Positions 1 through 9,076 of a stretch of DNA of 64,000 bases are shown here, piece after piece. The first letter of the stretch is position 1. Every line of letters starts with the position of its first letter. Position numbers and translations under genes: made by a program. Origin of the DNA: a virus (lineage: Duplodnaviria > Caudoviricetes); IMG/VR virus record IMGVR_UViG_3300037067_016086, positions 25,816 to 89,815 of that record. The stretch is one strand, 5' to 3'. Under the pieces are notes generated by a model, which did no database searches, was not told where the DNA came from, and saw only the letters and a list, made by a program, of their open reading frames with translations.

Positions 1-314
1 TCCTTCTTCCAGGCCGTGGTCGCCACCTTCGCGCCCGGGAACGTCCGCTTGGCCTCGTGCGCCAGCTTCACCGCCCGCGGGTCCACCCCGATCAGCGCCG
101 CCAGCTCCCGCGCCCGATACGCGATCGGGTCGCCCGGCGCGGGCCGGTAGTTGTCGCACACGAACAGCACCTGCTCCCCGACCACCTCGGAGTCGACGAC
201 GAGCACGAGGTTCGATCGCGCGAAGTCCCGCAGCGGCATGCCCACCACCTCGTCCGCGGAGGCATTGATCAGCAACACCGTCTCCATGGGAACCACCTCG
301 CGAGCAGACGGCAT
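1..314 (-). CDS. hypothetical protein, 3' end runs off the window
   Basis: ATG at 314 with GGAGG 8 nt upstream; open high-GC3 frame (METVLLINASADEVVG...) to base 1. Confidence 0.6.
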   Translation of the reverse strand, partial: MPSAREVVPMETVLLINASADEVVGMPLRDFARSNLVLVVDSEVVGEQVLFVCDNYRPAPGDPIAYRARELAALIGVDPRAVKLAHEAKRTFPGAKVATTAWKK

Positions 315-349
315 CTCGCCGCCCTCCATTGCCCAGTCAGCCAGCGCCT

Positions 350-378
350 ACCTTACCAGCCTGCGGCGTGTTTGTCAA
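350..378 (-). promoter_or_regulatory. sigma70-type promoter
   Basis: TTGACA-N17-TAAGGT. Confidence 0.7.
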
Positions 379-847
379 CACACTCCACGCCTTCGATGTT
401 CGCCCCGGTCCTCGGGTCGCGGTTCCACCGGACCATGAGCGTCGCCAGCGGGATGAACTTGATGCAGACGCGCACCTCTCCATCCTCCCGCACCGGCTCC
501 AGTCGGTGGTAGGCGGCCAGGATCACGAGGCCGTCGTCCTTCACCTCGGGCGACCCGATCACGGTGATGCCCCAGAGGACCGTCACCTGCTTCGCGCGCT
601 CCTCGCTCGCCAGCACGTGCGTCACGCCGTCCAGGGCGTAGCGATCGAGCGACCACCCACGGATGCGCTCTACCTGGGAACGGATGAACTCCCGCGTCTC
701 GTAGGACACCACGTCCTCCGTGAAGGGAGCCAGGGCCGCACGGAACTTGGCGATCATGGTCAGCTCGGCCCGCTTCCCCTGCGCCACCTTCCTCCGCAAC
801 TCCGGATCGATCAGGTCATCCTCGCGGAACCGCGTCTTGCGCTTCAT
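353..847 (-). CDS. hypothetical protein
   Basis: high-GC3 ORF, start MKRKTRF. Confidence 0.65.
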   Translation of the reverse strand: MKRKTRFREDDLIDPELRRKVAQGKRAELTMIAKFRAALAPFTEDVVSYETREFIRSQVERIRGWSLDRYALDGVTHVLASEERAKQVTVLWGITVIGSPEVKDDGLVILAAYHRLEPVREDGEVRVCIKFIPLATLMVRWNRDPRTGANIEGVECVDKHAAGW

Positions 848-1457
848 GGGTGTCCCCCTTCGCGGACGCACTCAGCGCCGCGGCAGCGATCTCCTCGGTC
901 AGCTGCTCCATGTCCAGCTCGCAGCACCCCCAGGCGCCGCAGCGCGGGCAGATCGTCGTGCAGTAGTCCTCGCCGTCGTCGCTCTCGTCCGAAATCAGAT
1001 CCCCGTGCGGGAAGCGCTCCCCGCACTCGTCGCACTCCACCTCCACCGCCACGTGGTCGTAGCTATAGGGCGGGATCGGAAAGTGGCGATACGTGTGCAC
1101 TGGCCGATTGACGATAGCATTCAATTCGTCTACGCGACCACCGGCCGCCACGATGATGGCGCTCAAGCTGTTCGAGATCCGAGCCCAGTCGATGTCCTGG
1201 CCCGACAACATGACCGCGGAGATCTTGTACTCGCACGCCTTCCCCTCTTGGTAGAAATCAGACTTTACCACCTCGCCGTCGAAGAAGGCGATGAGCGTCA
1301 CGAGCCCCTCGTAGATGTCCCGAGCGATGCTCTTGTCGGGATGGAAGAACGCGACCATCAGCGTCACGGAAGGCATACCTGGAACGATCTCTTCGGTTTC
1401 GCCAGCTCTCGGGTTGCGCCGAATCGTCGCCCTGTCGATCGGAATGAAGTACAGCAT
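816..1457 (-). CDS. hypothetical protein with C-terminal CxxC...CxxC zinc ribbon
   Basis: MLYFIP start coupled to upstream stop; CDECG and CPRCG motifs. Confidence 0.6.
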   Translation of the reverse strand: MLYFIPIDRATIRRNPRAGETEEIVPGMPSVTLMVAFFHPDKSIARDIYEGLVTLIAFFDGEVVKSDFYQEGKACEYKISAVMLSGQDIDWARISNSLSAIIVAAGGRVDELNAIVNRPVHTYRHFPIPPYSYDHVAVEVECDECGERFPHGDLISDESDDGEDYCTTICPRCGAWGCCELDMEQLTEEIAAAALSASAKGDTHEAQDAVPRG

Positions 1458-1711
1458 CAGTCCAGTGCCTCCTCGATGCGCGCGATGTTGCGCCGCAGCG
1501 TCTGCATGTCCGCCGGTGTGGGCGCCTCCACCACCTCGCCGTTCTCGTAGCGGTAGGCGCGCAGAAGATCGGCCCGCAGGTTCTCCAGGCGCTTCTCCAG
1601 CTCCGCACCAGAAGCGGGCATGTAGTGGTTGTCGCCGTGTCCCGCCAGGCATCCGCCACCGAAGGACTTACAGAGTGCGCACGGTCCGTTGCATGCGCTG
1701 AACATCTCCAT
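1457..1711 (-). CDS. small Cys-rich hypothetical protein
   Basis: ORF, TGATG coupling to next gene. Confidence 0.6.
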   Translation of the reverse strand: MEMFSACNGPCALCKSFGGGCLAGHGDNHYMPASGAELEKRLENLRADLLRAYRYENGEVVEAPTPADMQTLRRNIARIEEALD

Positions 1712-1721
1712 CGACAGCCTC

Positions 1722-2486
1722 CTACTTGTTCGACGTCTCCCTCAGGAGAGCCGACGTGAGATCCTCGATCGACGCCTTCACGCGGGCGTGCTCCAGGTAG
1801 AAGTTCAGGTCCTTGTTGCAGACATCCTTGCCAGCGCGGACCAACTTCTCCAGGTTGTCCAAAACCTCCAGCGCGCCGTTCAGATCCCACAACGACTTCT
1901 TGGTCTGCCCGGGAACCTTGGAATCTGCGCGCTCGACGGGCTTCCAGGGCAGCACGGGCAGCTCCTGCTGCTTCGCGCAAGGATCGGCCGGAGTCGGCGC
2001 ACCCACCTTCCGAGGGTCCTTCCCGACCAGCTTCGTCACCGCATCCGCAACGTCATCCGACCAGGGCTCCGCACCCCAAAACTGGCGCTTCACCTGGCTG
2101 CACGAAATCTTCAGCTGCTGAGCGATGAGGCTGTATGCCTCCTCCATGCCCATCCCGGAGCTGCGGATCGCCGCCTTCATCTGATCCGCCTGGTCCACCT
2201 GCGCCTGCGCCTCCGGCGTCGAAGTCCGCAATGCCAGCAGGTGCCTCGAACGCCAGGTGGCCGGAGGAGCATCCCACATCTTCAACGCCTCGTGCTTGGC
2301 AGCCCAGTCCTTGAACTTCGGCCAGAAGTTCCGGTCCTTGATCGCCAGGCCGGTCATGCGCTGGAACTCCCGCACCGCGGCAAGCAGTTCCGGACCGTGA
2401 GTCTCGTTGTGAAATCGCACCGCCCGACATGCCTTCTTCTTCGCTGCGTTCATCGACTTCTCCTTCCCGGGCAACGCGCCCGGCAT
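1722..2486 (-). CDS. hypothetical, possible XRE-like HTH protein
   Basis: high-GC3 frame; helical segment AYSLIAQQLKISCSQVKRQFWG. Confidence 0.55.
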   Translation of the reverse strand: MPGALPGKEKSMNAAKKKACRAVRFHNETHGPELLAAVREFQRMTGLAIKDRNFWPKFKDWAAKHEALKMWDAPPATWRSRHLLALRTSTPEAQAQVDQADQMKAAIRSSGMGMEEAYSLIAQQLKISCSQVKRQFWGAEPWSDDVADAVTKLVGKDPRKVGAPTPADPCAKQQELPVLPWKPVERADSKVPGQTKKSLWDLNGALEVLDNLEKLVRAGKDVCNKDLNFYLEHARVKASIEDLTSALLRETSNK

Positions 2487-2488
2487 CG

Positions 2489-2815
2489 TTACGGCAACAT
2501 CACCCGCACTTCCATCCGAACTCCCAACGGCAGAAAGGACTCCGTCCTGTCTGCGACGAGATCCGCGATCCGCGCGTGCGTCTCCGGTCCGAACCACGTC
2601 CAGAGGCGTCGCATTCGCACCGTCACCAGCCCCGGTTGATTGGGCCATGTCTGCGGCGGCCCCACTAGCAAACGCAGCCACCCGAGGCGCTTCCACAGGT
2701 TGTTCAAAGTAGGCGGCTCGCCGCGGCTTCGCAGCGCCATTTGCGTTCGGACTCCCATCCCCGCCAGCACCAGCCGCACCGCCCGGCGGCGGCGCCACCA
2801 GCTGATGATTCCCAT
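2489..2815 (-). CDS. Arg/Trp-rich hypothetical protein
   Basis: GGAGGAGG RBS, high GC3 in this frame. Confidence 0.55.
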   Translation of the reverse strand: MGIISWWRRRRAVRLVLAGMGVRTQMALRSRGEPPTLNNLWKRLGWLRLLVGPPQTWPNQPGLVTVRMRRLWTWFGPETHARIADLVADRTESFLPLGVRMEVRVMLP

Positions 2816-3056
2816 TGTGCCCTCCTCCGGTGAAGAACTTGCTCGTGCAGTGGTTGAACTTGATCGGTGGCATGCGGTCGAACGCGCGACCGCTGAACGT
2901 CGTCATGCCACCCTTGTGGATGATGGCGCGGCAGCAGCGCTCCCCGATCTTCTCGCAGGCCAGGATGGTCGACACGCTGTAGGTCTTCCCGTTGTCGGCG
3001 ACCAGGTACTTCTCCCGGTCCCGGCTGCGTGGTCCACCCTTGTGACACTTGCCCAT
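2816..3056 (-). CDS. hypothetical protein (MGKCHK...) whose frame has no stop until 1722
   Basis: TGATG-coupled ATG at 3056, high GC3 over the first ~80 codons. Confidence 0.5.
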
Positions 3057-3322
3057 CAGTTCCCCCCCGCGCAAATGGCCATGTGCCCGGCCAGGGTCGA
3101 CCACTGGATGTCCACCTCGGTGCCCACGCGGATCGCCCGCTCCGTTCCGTTCACGCTCATGTCGGCCACACGCCCAGATGCAGTCACCGCGATGCTGACA
3201 GCAGCCTCCGGATAACGCTCCCCCAATGCCTTCGCGTCAGCGAGCACGTTCTGGATGGCGCGCCCCGTCTCCTGAAGGATCTCCTGGTAGGCCGCCTGCG
3301 CCTGTGTGGTCTTGAACTGCAT
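3056..3322 (-). CDS. hypothetical protein
   Basis: ORF coupled on both sides. Confidence 0.65.
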   Translation of the reverse strand: MQFKTTQAQAAYQEILQETGRAIQNVLADAKALGERYPEAAVSIAVTASGRVADMSVNGTERAIRVGTEVDIQWSTLAGHMAICAGGN

Positions 3323-4086
3323 CAGTGGCTCCCCCTCATCCGCAGCGTTTTACCGCGAGCCCCGCGCCAGTCCCTCGTCGTGAGGCACCGCTGGCAGATG
3401 TCCAGGTAGCGATCCCCATGGCTCAGCCGATCGTACACCGCCCGGATCTCTGGAGACTCCAGAACCTTGCGGAAACGGAAGATGTTCAGGTCGCCGAACG
3501 TGTGGCGCCGCTCCCAGTCGCGGCAGCACAGCCCCACGTGCCCGGTCCGGGTCACAATGAGATCCGTGAGCGGCGCGTAGCACGGCGTGGTCAGATGCAC
3601 CGGCGCCGCATCGTAGATGCCGAACACCTCCACCCAGTTGGAGTCGTAGATCGTCATAAAGTCGGGACGCGTGTCGAGAGAACGCAGCCGCTCCAACTCC
3701 TCCGCGCCGTACGCTGTCACAGCCAGGTGGTTCAGACCCACGCTGCGCAGGTCACGGATCAGATGCTCGTCCAGGGTCGTGCCGTTCGTCCAGATCAGCG
3801 TCTTGGCCCGAGGGACCGTTCGGTTCACGCGTTCCAGGAACCAGAGCAGCCGCGGGTCCATGAGCGGCTCCCCGTACTGGTGGAAGCTGATGCACCCAGC
3901 GAACCCTGCATCCCGGAGATCGTCGAGCACCTGGAACACCACGGCCGATGACAGGTTCTCGGGCGGACGCGCCGCCTCCAGATGCGCCGGGCAGCGCGGG
4001 TGCAAGTGCGACAGGTTGCAGCGGTTCGATAGCTCGAAGTTCACCCGGTCGAGTTTCTCGAAAGGATCTGCGCACCCGATGCTCAT
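3322..4086 (-). CDS. radical SAM/SPASM-domain protein with atypical Fe-S motif
   Basis: FELSNRCNLSHLHPRCP, YGEPL, TNGT, SPASM-like C...GHVGLCCRD...CQRC; ATGA start at 4086. Confidence 0.75.
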   Translation of the reverse strand: MSIGCADPFEKLDRVNFELSNRCNLSHLHPRCPAHLEAARPPENLSSAVVFQVLDDLRDAGFAGCISFHQYGEPLMDPRLLWFLERVNRTVPRAKTLIWTNGTTLDEHLIRDLRSVGLNHLAVTAYGAEELERLRSLDTRPDFMTIYDSNWVEVFGIYDAAPVHLTTPCYAPLTDLIVTRTGHVGLCCRDWERRHTFGDLNIFRFRKVLESPEIRAVYDRLSHGDRYLDICQRCLTTRDWRGARGKTLRMRGSH

Positions 4087-4136
4087 TCCGTCTCTCCGAT
4101 CAGCTTCTTCCAAACCCGGAGAGGGACCGCAACCCA
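4083..4136 (-). pseudogene. displaced original C-terminus of the resolvase
   Basis: WVAVPLRVWKKLIGETE* vs active WVCVPLRCWKKLMGESE* (13/17 identical). Confidence 0.9.
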
Positions 4137-4140
4137 GTAA

Positions 4141-4884
4141 TCAATCATGATTTTCTGGTTCATGCCCGTATCTCCGACGTTGTGCATCGCTCATCCTCTT
4201 GATCGTTTCCTTGGAAAATTTCCTTCCTTTGAAAATCTCACTCAACTTCTTCTTCTGGTCTTCCGATACGGGACGCCCACGTCGAGACTCTGACATCTTT
4301 CTCCTGGACTCATCGCTGTGATGCTTCCCAAGATTTGCAACCCTCAATTTCTCTCGGGTAGATTCGGCGATCTCCTTGCCCCTACATCTCTTCCCAAGTT
4401 CTCGAATTTGCTCACGCATCGCATCTGTCGCTATACCCTTGTGAGCAGCACTGTGATTCGCTCGCATCTCATCCGTCCAAACCCGCTTCCGATTAGCTTC
4501 CCCTACCGCCATCCGAACGTGATCTGGCTGCACCCATCCCGTCGTCCTGCCAGCCGTCGGGGACAGGTTGTATCCGCGTTCCACGGCCCCGGTATCGTCT
4601 ATGTGCCGTTGCTCCGCTTCCAGCAAAACATCCTCGGAAACGAGTTCTACGACCTCCACTGCGAACGAATCCTCCCCATATTTTGCCCACGCTGCCTGGA
4701 GGTAGTTATTGTGATGCTTTCCGCGCCGAAGCGCAGCACGGTGTTGATTCAGACGAAAACGAAGTCTCCCGGCACTCCCGATGTAGAACTTGCCGTTGAC
4801 CGTATTCTCGATCCGGTAGATCCCCGGCACGTTTGGGATGTGGTCGACGTTCACTCGGACTCTCCCATTAATTTTTTCCAGCAT
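4141..4884 (-). CDS. GIY-YIG homing endonuclease with NUMOD3-like repeats
   Basis: GIYRIEN...FYIGSA, R..QH, basic repeats KHHSDESRRKMS; AT-rich; start ATG 4884 or GTG 4854. Confidence 0.9.
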   Translation of the reverse strand: MLEKINGRVRVNVDHIPNVPGIYRIENTVNGKFYIGSAGRLRFRLNQHRAALRRGKHHNNYLQAAWAKYGEDSFAVEVVELVSEDVLLEAEQRHIDDTGAVERGYNLSPTAGRTTGWVQPDHVRMAVGEANRKRVWTDEMRANHSAAHKGIATDAMREQIRELGKRCRGKEIAESTREKLRVANLGKHHSDESRRKMSESRRGRPVSEDQKKKLSEIFKGRKFSKETIKRMSDAQRRRYGHEPENHD

Positions 4885-5207
4885 CGCAAGGGTACGCACA
4901 CCCAGTCCCTCTCTCCGTGTGCGCTGTTCGCCCCCCCCGCGATCTCGATGGCCAGCGCGGGCTCCTTGCCAGCCGCGGCAGCCTCCGCCGCGATTTTGTC
5001 CAGCCACGACTTCTTGATGCTCAGGCTCGCGTGCACGGTCCTCTTGCACTCGATGAGGAAGTGGTCGGCCAGCACGTCACCCTTCGCGAACTTGGACGCG
5101 CCACTCCCCGCCTGCCGGTGTCCTCGCACCTCGCGCGCCACGAGCCGCTCCTGCGCCTCCGGAGACTTCGCGTCGGGGAACAGGACGTGCGGACGATGAC
5201 GCGTCAC
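4851..5207 (-). CDS. Holliday junction resolvase, PD-(D/E)XK (Hjc-like)
   Basis: GSGA..KGDV...FLIECKRT motif. Confidence 0.8.
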   Translation of the reverse strand: MTRHRPHVLFPDAKSPEAQERLVAREVRGHRQAGSGASKFAKGDVLADHFLIECKRTVHASLSIKKSWLDKIAAEAAAAGKEPALAIEIAGGANSAHGERDWVCVPLRCWKKLMGESE

Positions 5208-5395
5208 AGGCCCTCCGTGGAGTGCAAGGATCGCAGCTCCACCGTCACCGGTGCGGAGTCCATGTCCGTTTTTACGAGCGGATCGACGATCGCCAGCCGA
5301 CGCGACGGAAACTTCACGATGCGGAAGTCACCAAGCCGCCCATCGACGGTCACCAGTTGCCCGACGGCCAGCTGCCCTACGTTCTTTCTCGCCAA
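5204..5395 (-). CDS. hypothetical protein
   Basis: ORF with GTGA coupling. Confidence 0.6.
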   Translation of the reverse strand: MARKNVGQLAVGQLVTVDGRLGDFRIVKFPSRRLAIVDPLVKTDMDSAPVTVELRSLHSTEGL

Positions 5396-5440
5396 CGCTT
5401 TCCTCCTCTGCCTTCCAGCGATCTTGCTGGCATCTCCAGG

Positions 5441-5469
5441 AGCTTAACTCAACCGAGTGCGTTTGTCAA
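5441..5469 (-). promoter_or_regulatory. sigma70-type promoter
   Basis: TTGACA-N17-TAAGCT. Confidence 0.75.
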
Positions 5470-5471
5470 CA

Positions 5472-5822
5472 TCAGAGCAGCCGGGCCTTCGCCAGCGAGG
5501 TCAGGTAGCCGCGGACGTGGACGTGCAACTCCCCGTTCGGCAGGGCGGCTCCCATCTCGAAGAGGCCGCGCGCCACCGTCTGCACGCGACTCAAAGGGAG
5601 CGTCGCCATGCGCGCCCATGCTCGGAAGTCCGCCCCCCCCTGCGCATCTCGCGGCACGCGCGGCCAGACAGACAGCATCCGAATCTGGTCCGGCGTCAAC
5701 GCGAGGATGGCGTACGGAGGCATATCCTGAAGAGGAACGGGTGGGGGAGCGACCGGGGCGACGGGAGCCGCTTCCGGTTCTGGAGATGGAGCAATCGCCA
5801 CCTGCTTCTTCGCCTTACTCAT
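5472..5822 (-). CDS. hypothetical protein
   Basis: ORF with GGAGG RBS. Confidence 0.65.
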   Translation of the reverse strand: MSKAKKQVAIAPSPEPEAAPVAPVAPPPVPLQDMPPYAILALTPDQIRMLSVWPRVPRDAQGGADFRAWARMATLPLSRVQTVARGLFEMGAALPNGELHVHVRGYLTSLAKARLL

Positions 5823-7107
5823 TGCCCTCCTCCAGCCGCACCGGCTTCACGCCCAGCGCCTCTTCGCAGCGCTCCAGGATCACCGCCACGTACCCGGGAG
5901 ACAGCTCGCACCCGTACCCAATCCGAGCCGATGCGTGCGCCGCCAGGATCGCGGTGCCGCTGCCGAGGAACGGATCGAGGACGAGATCTCCTCCGACCGA
6001 GCTGTTGCGGATCGCGCGCTCGAAGAGCGGGACCGGCTTCGTGGTCGGGTGGAATTCCGAGTGCGACGGCTTGTCGTACTGCCAGACGTCTCCCTGGTCG
6101 CGGGCTCCGCACCAGTACCGATCCTCGGCGCCCTCGCGCCACCCGTACAGGATGGGCTCGTACTGCCGCTGGTAGTCGGAGCGCCCCATCGTGAAGGTGT
6201 TCTTGGCCCAGATGATGAACGTGGACCAGTGGCCTCCCGCCTCGCGGAACGCGCTTTCCAGTGTGTCCAACTCCGACGAGGACATGCAGCAGTACACCGC
6301 GCCCTCGCACACGGGAAGCATGGCCTTGAACGCCGCCAGCAGGAACGGCCTGAAGTCCTCTCCGAGATCGTCGTTGGCGATCGTCCGGTTGGCGCCGCGC
6401 AGCTTGTCCTTCATGGTCGCGCCGTACGCCACGTTGTAGGGCGGGTCCGTGATGATCATGCGCGCTCGTTTCCCACCCATCAGGCGCTGCAAAACGGTGG
6501 GGTCCGTGGAGTCCCCGCAGATGACACGGTGCGGTCCGATCGCCCACAGATCCCCGGGCTTCGTTCCCCACTTGATCTGGAGCTGCACGCTCAGATCCTC
6601 GCGCGGAGGAGGTTCGTCTCCGCTCGATCCGGACCCTTCTCCCGCCAGCAGCCGAGTCAGCTCGTCGTCCTCGAAACCGAGAGACGCGATCAGGTCCTCG
6701 CGCTCGTCGTGCAGGTCGCGCAGCAGCGCCGTGAGGGCCGTCTCGTCCCAGGTCGCCACGATCTCGCCGTACCGGTTGTCCGCGATCATGAAGGCGCGCG
6801 CCGTGGCTCGGTCATCGTCGGCCCAGATCACAGGGATGTGCTGCGCCCCCAATCGCTTCAGGGCGTCCATGCGCTGATGCCCAGCCTCGATGATGCCCGT
6901 GCGCTCGTTCACCACGATCGGCCAGCGCATGCCGAACGTCTTGATGCCCTCCATGAGCCCTTCGATGTTCACCTGCGTTCGCGGGTTCGTAACGTCGGGA
7001 CGCAGCGCCGCGATCGGGACCAGCATTCGGTCCAGGCCCTTCAGCACCGAGATGCTGGTTCCGGGCAAGTAGGACACCCCGTCTCGCACCACGGGAGCCA
7101 CCGGCAT
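5815..7107 (-). CDS. ParB-like domain fused to N6A/N4C DNA methyltransferase
   Basis: NPRTQ...IIEAGHQR (ParB), ITDPPY and DPFLGSGT (MTase); start uncertain (7107-7266). Confidence 0.9.
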   Translation of the reverse strand: MPVAPVVRDGVSYLPGTSISVLKGLDRMLVPIAALRPDVTNPRTQVNIEGLMEGIKTFGMRWPIVVNERTGIIEAGHQRMDALKRLGAQHIPVIWADDDRATARAFMIADNRYGEIVATWDETALTALLRDLHDEREDLIASLGFEDDELTRLLAGEGSGSSGDEPPPREDLSVQLQIKWGTKPGDLWAIGPHRVICGDSTDPTVLQRLMGGKRARMIITDPPYNVAYGATMKDKLRGANRTIANDDLGEDFRPFLLAAFKAMLPVCEGAVYCCMSSSELDTLESAFREAGGHWSTFIIWAKNTFTMGRSDYQRQYEPILYGWREGAEDRYWCGARDQGDVWQYDKPSHSEFHPTTKPVPLFERAIRNSSVGGDLVLDPFLGSGTAILAAHASARIGYGCELSPGYVAVILERCEEALGVKPVRLEEGNE

Positions 7108-7133
7108 CGGAGGACCGGTGAAGTCGGGGATAG

Positions 7134-7149
7134 GCGAACTCGTGTTCGC
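7134..7149. promoter_or_regulatory. 16-bp palindrome copy (1 mismatch)
   Basis: GCGAACTCGTGTTCGC directly after recA stop. Confidence 0.7.
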
Positions 7150-8453
7150 TACGCCGCCAGCATCAGCTTCACCAGCTGCTCCCGCAGGGCTCTCCGCACC
7201 GCTGGCTCCATCATCCGCGCGACCATCTCCGTCTTGCTTCTGTACGTCTCGTTTCCGAGTAGCCACTTCGCGCCGTCCTTTCGCATCAGGCCGAACTTCT
7301 CGGCCTGCGCCAACGTGTAGTCGAGATCCAGAACCTGCCCACCGTCCTCACCGGACACGCCCATGAGGTACCCGCCGAATCCCTGGGATGGGGCGGTCTT
7401 GTTCTTGAGGATCTTGAAGTTCATACGGACACGGCTTCCCATTTTCATCTGGAATTCCTTCTTCATGTCCATATCGATCTCGTCCTTCTCCCACTTGCTC
7501 GCCCACATCTGCGCGATGACCGACGCGGTGAAGATCTGCCCCTTGCCACCGGGCATCACCGACTTGTCGCCGAACTTGATGGAGATGCTCTCGCGCTCCT
7601 GGTTGATCCAGATCTCCGTCACCGGACGACCGTAGTCAGACCTCACCGAATGGCGCGCCGCCGTGACCTTCCGCGCCATCTTGTTGAGCAGCCGCGCCTG
7701 GAGTCCTTGCTGCCAGTTCTCGGCGCTCTCCTCGATCTCCGTCGAAGGCGTCATGGCTGCAAGGCTGTCGATGATGACGAGATCCACGGCGCCCGATCGT
7801 ATCAATTCGTCGTGGATGTCGATCGCCCCCTCCGCGGAGTCGGGCTTCACGATCAGTAGGCGATCCGGGTCGCACCCCAGCCGCCGCGCCCACACGTTGT
7901 CGAACGTGCCCTCCACATCCTCGAAGGCGACGCGGAACTCCTCGTACGAGTTCTCCATCCAGCGCTCGACGCGCGCCTTGAACTCGTCCTTGCCCTCGTC
8001 GAAGTGCGGCTTCGGAACGTGGAGACCAGCCTTCACGCAGTCGCATTTGGCGTGTCCCATGAGAGCGACCTCTCCGGTCTTCTGGTCCACAGACTCCTTC
8101 ACCTCGATGCCACCCGGCGGGCGCCGGTAGCAGTTGGCGCACAGCTCCTGAGCCAGACCGGCGAGGCGCGTGGCAGCCGTTGTCTTCCCGCTGCTCTCGG
8201 CGCCGCGGAAGATGGTGACGTGACCTGCCGGGACGCCGCCCCCAAGGGCGTAGTCGAACGACAGGGAGCCAGTGGTCAGGCGCGCCACGGGAAGCGGCTG
8301 CATGCGCCCCGCCATCTCCATGGTGCCCACGCCGTACGACTTGTTGGCAGCTGCGCGCAGGGCGGCCAGGCGATCGGATCGGCTTCCAGTCAGCCGGACC
8401 TTCTCCTTCTTTTTCTTTTCGCCGCCCTCTTCCTCGTCCTTGTCCTTCGCCAT
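7149..8453 (-). CDS. recA: RecA recombinase (phage type, with Cys-containing insertion)
   Basis: TTGSLSFDYALGGG, GAESSGKTT, VIIDSLAAM, QLQARLLNKMARK-like, INQ, PGG. Confidence 0.95.
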   Translation of the reverse strand: MAKDKDEEEGGEKKKKEKVRLTGSRSDRLAALRAAANKSYGVGTMEMAGRMQPLPVARLTTGSLSFDYALGGGVPAGHVTIFRGAESSGKTTAATRLAGLAQELCANCYRRPPGGIEVKESVDQKTGEVALMGHAKCDCVKAGLHVPKPHFDEGKDEFKARVERWMENSYEEFRVAFEDVEGTFDNVWARRLGCDPDRLLIVKPDSAEGAIDIHDELIRSGAVDLVIIDSLAAMTPSTEIEESAENWQQGLQARLLNKMARKVTAARHSVRSDYGRPVTEIWINQERESISIKFGDKSVMPGGKGQIFTASVIAQMWASKWEKDEIDMDMKKEFQMKMGSRVRMNFKILKNKTAPSQGFGGYLMGVSGEDGGQVLDLDYTLAQAEKFGLMRKDGAKWLLGNETYRSKTEMVARMMEPAVRRALREQLVKLMLAA

Positions 8454-9001
8454 CAGGCAGCCCCCCGCAGCCGGTCGCGCTCCGCGGAGATGCGCTGCGC
8501 CAGGTAGGTCTCCAGAGCATCCACCGCCGCGGCCGCGTCCTCGTCATCGCCGATGGGGCGCGACAGGCCGATGTCGATCTTGTGGCTCTCCATCTTGACC
8601 GCCGCGTTGATCGTGAGGCCGTACTCGACCCAGACCACCCGGTTCGTGCCTTCGAGCGCGGGCAGCTCCTCGGGCTTGCGCTGGGACTTGCGGACCATGG
8701 CCTCCTCGCGCGCCAGGATCTCGGACACGAACGCCTTCAGCTTGTCGTACCCGGCGTCGTACTCCGCGTTCGGAACCGGCACGAAGCCGCTCCGCGCTCC
8801 GATCTGGATGCGCACGAACTCGTAGTTGCCCAGCGAGATCGTCCGTCCCGCCGAAAAGGTCAGATCCATGGTATCGCCTCCCTCTTGCACCGCACCCGGA
8901 CCGTACTCCCGAGCCGCATCCATGACGGGCTTCTCCGTCCCCTCGCGGCTGTTTTTGTACGTCTCCGTGTAGCGCTCGTTCCCCTGCGTCTTCGTCGGCA
9001 T
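8453..9001 (-). CDS. phage hypothetical with internally duplicated domain
   Basis: GRTISLGNYEFVRIQIG and GLTINAAVKMESHKIDIG. Confidence 0.7.
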   Translation of the reverse strand: MPTKTQGNERYTETYKNSREGTEKPVMDAAREYGPGAVQEGGDTMDLTFSAGRTISLGNYEFVRIQIGARSGFVPVPNAEYDAGYDKLKAFVSEILAREEAMVRKSQRKPEELPALEGTNRVVWVEYGLTINAAVKMESHKIDIGLSRPIGDDEDAAAAVDALETYLAQRISAERDRLRGAA

Positions 9002-9047
9002 TCAACACCTCGGTGCGGCATCGCGCCGCAGTTCAAAAAGCGTCCGA

Positions 9048-9076
9048 ACATTACGGTATCCGCGCGTGTTTGTCAA
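9048..9076 (-). promoter_or_regulatory. sigma70-type promoter for the recA block
   Basis: TTGACA-N17-TAATGT. Confidence 0.75.

Noticed and set aside
7108-7266. N-terminal extension of the ParB-MTase given by the ORF track
   Set aside because: Overlaps the recA 3' end and the palindrome, with low-complexity translation; the start at 7107 is preferred but unproven
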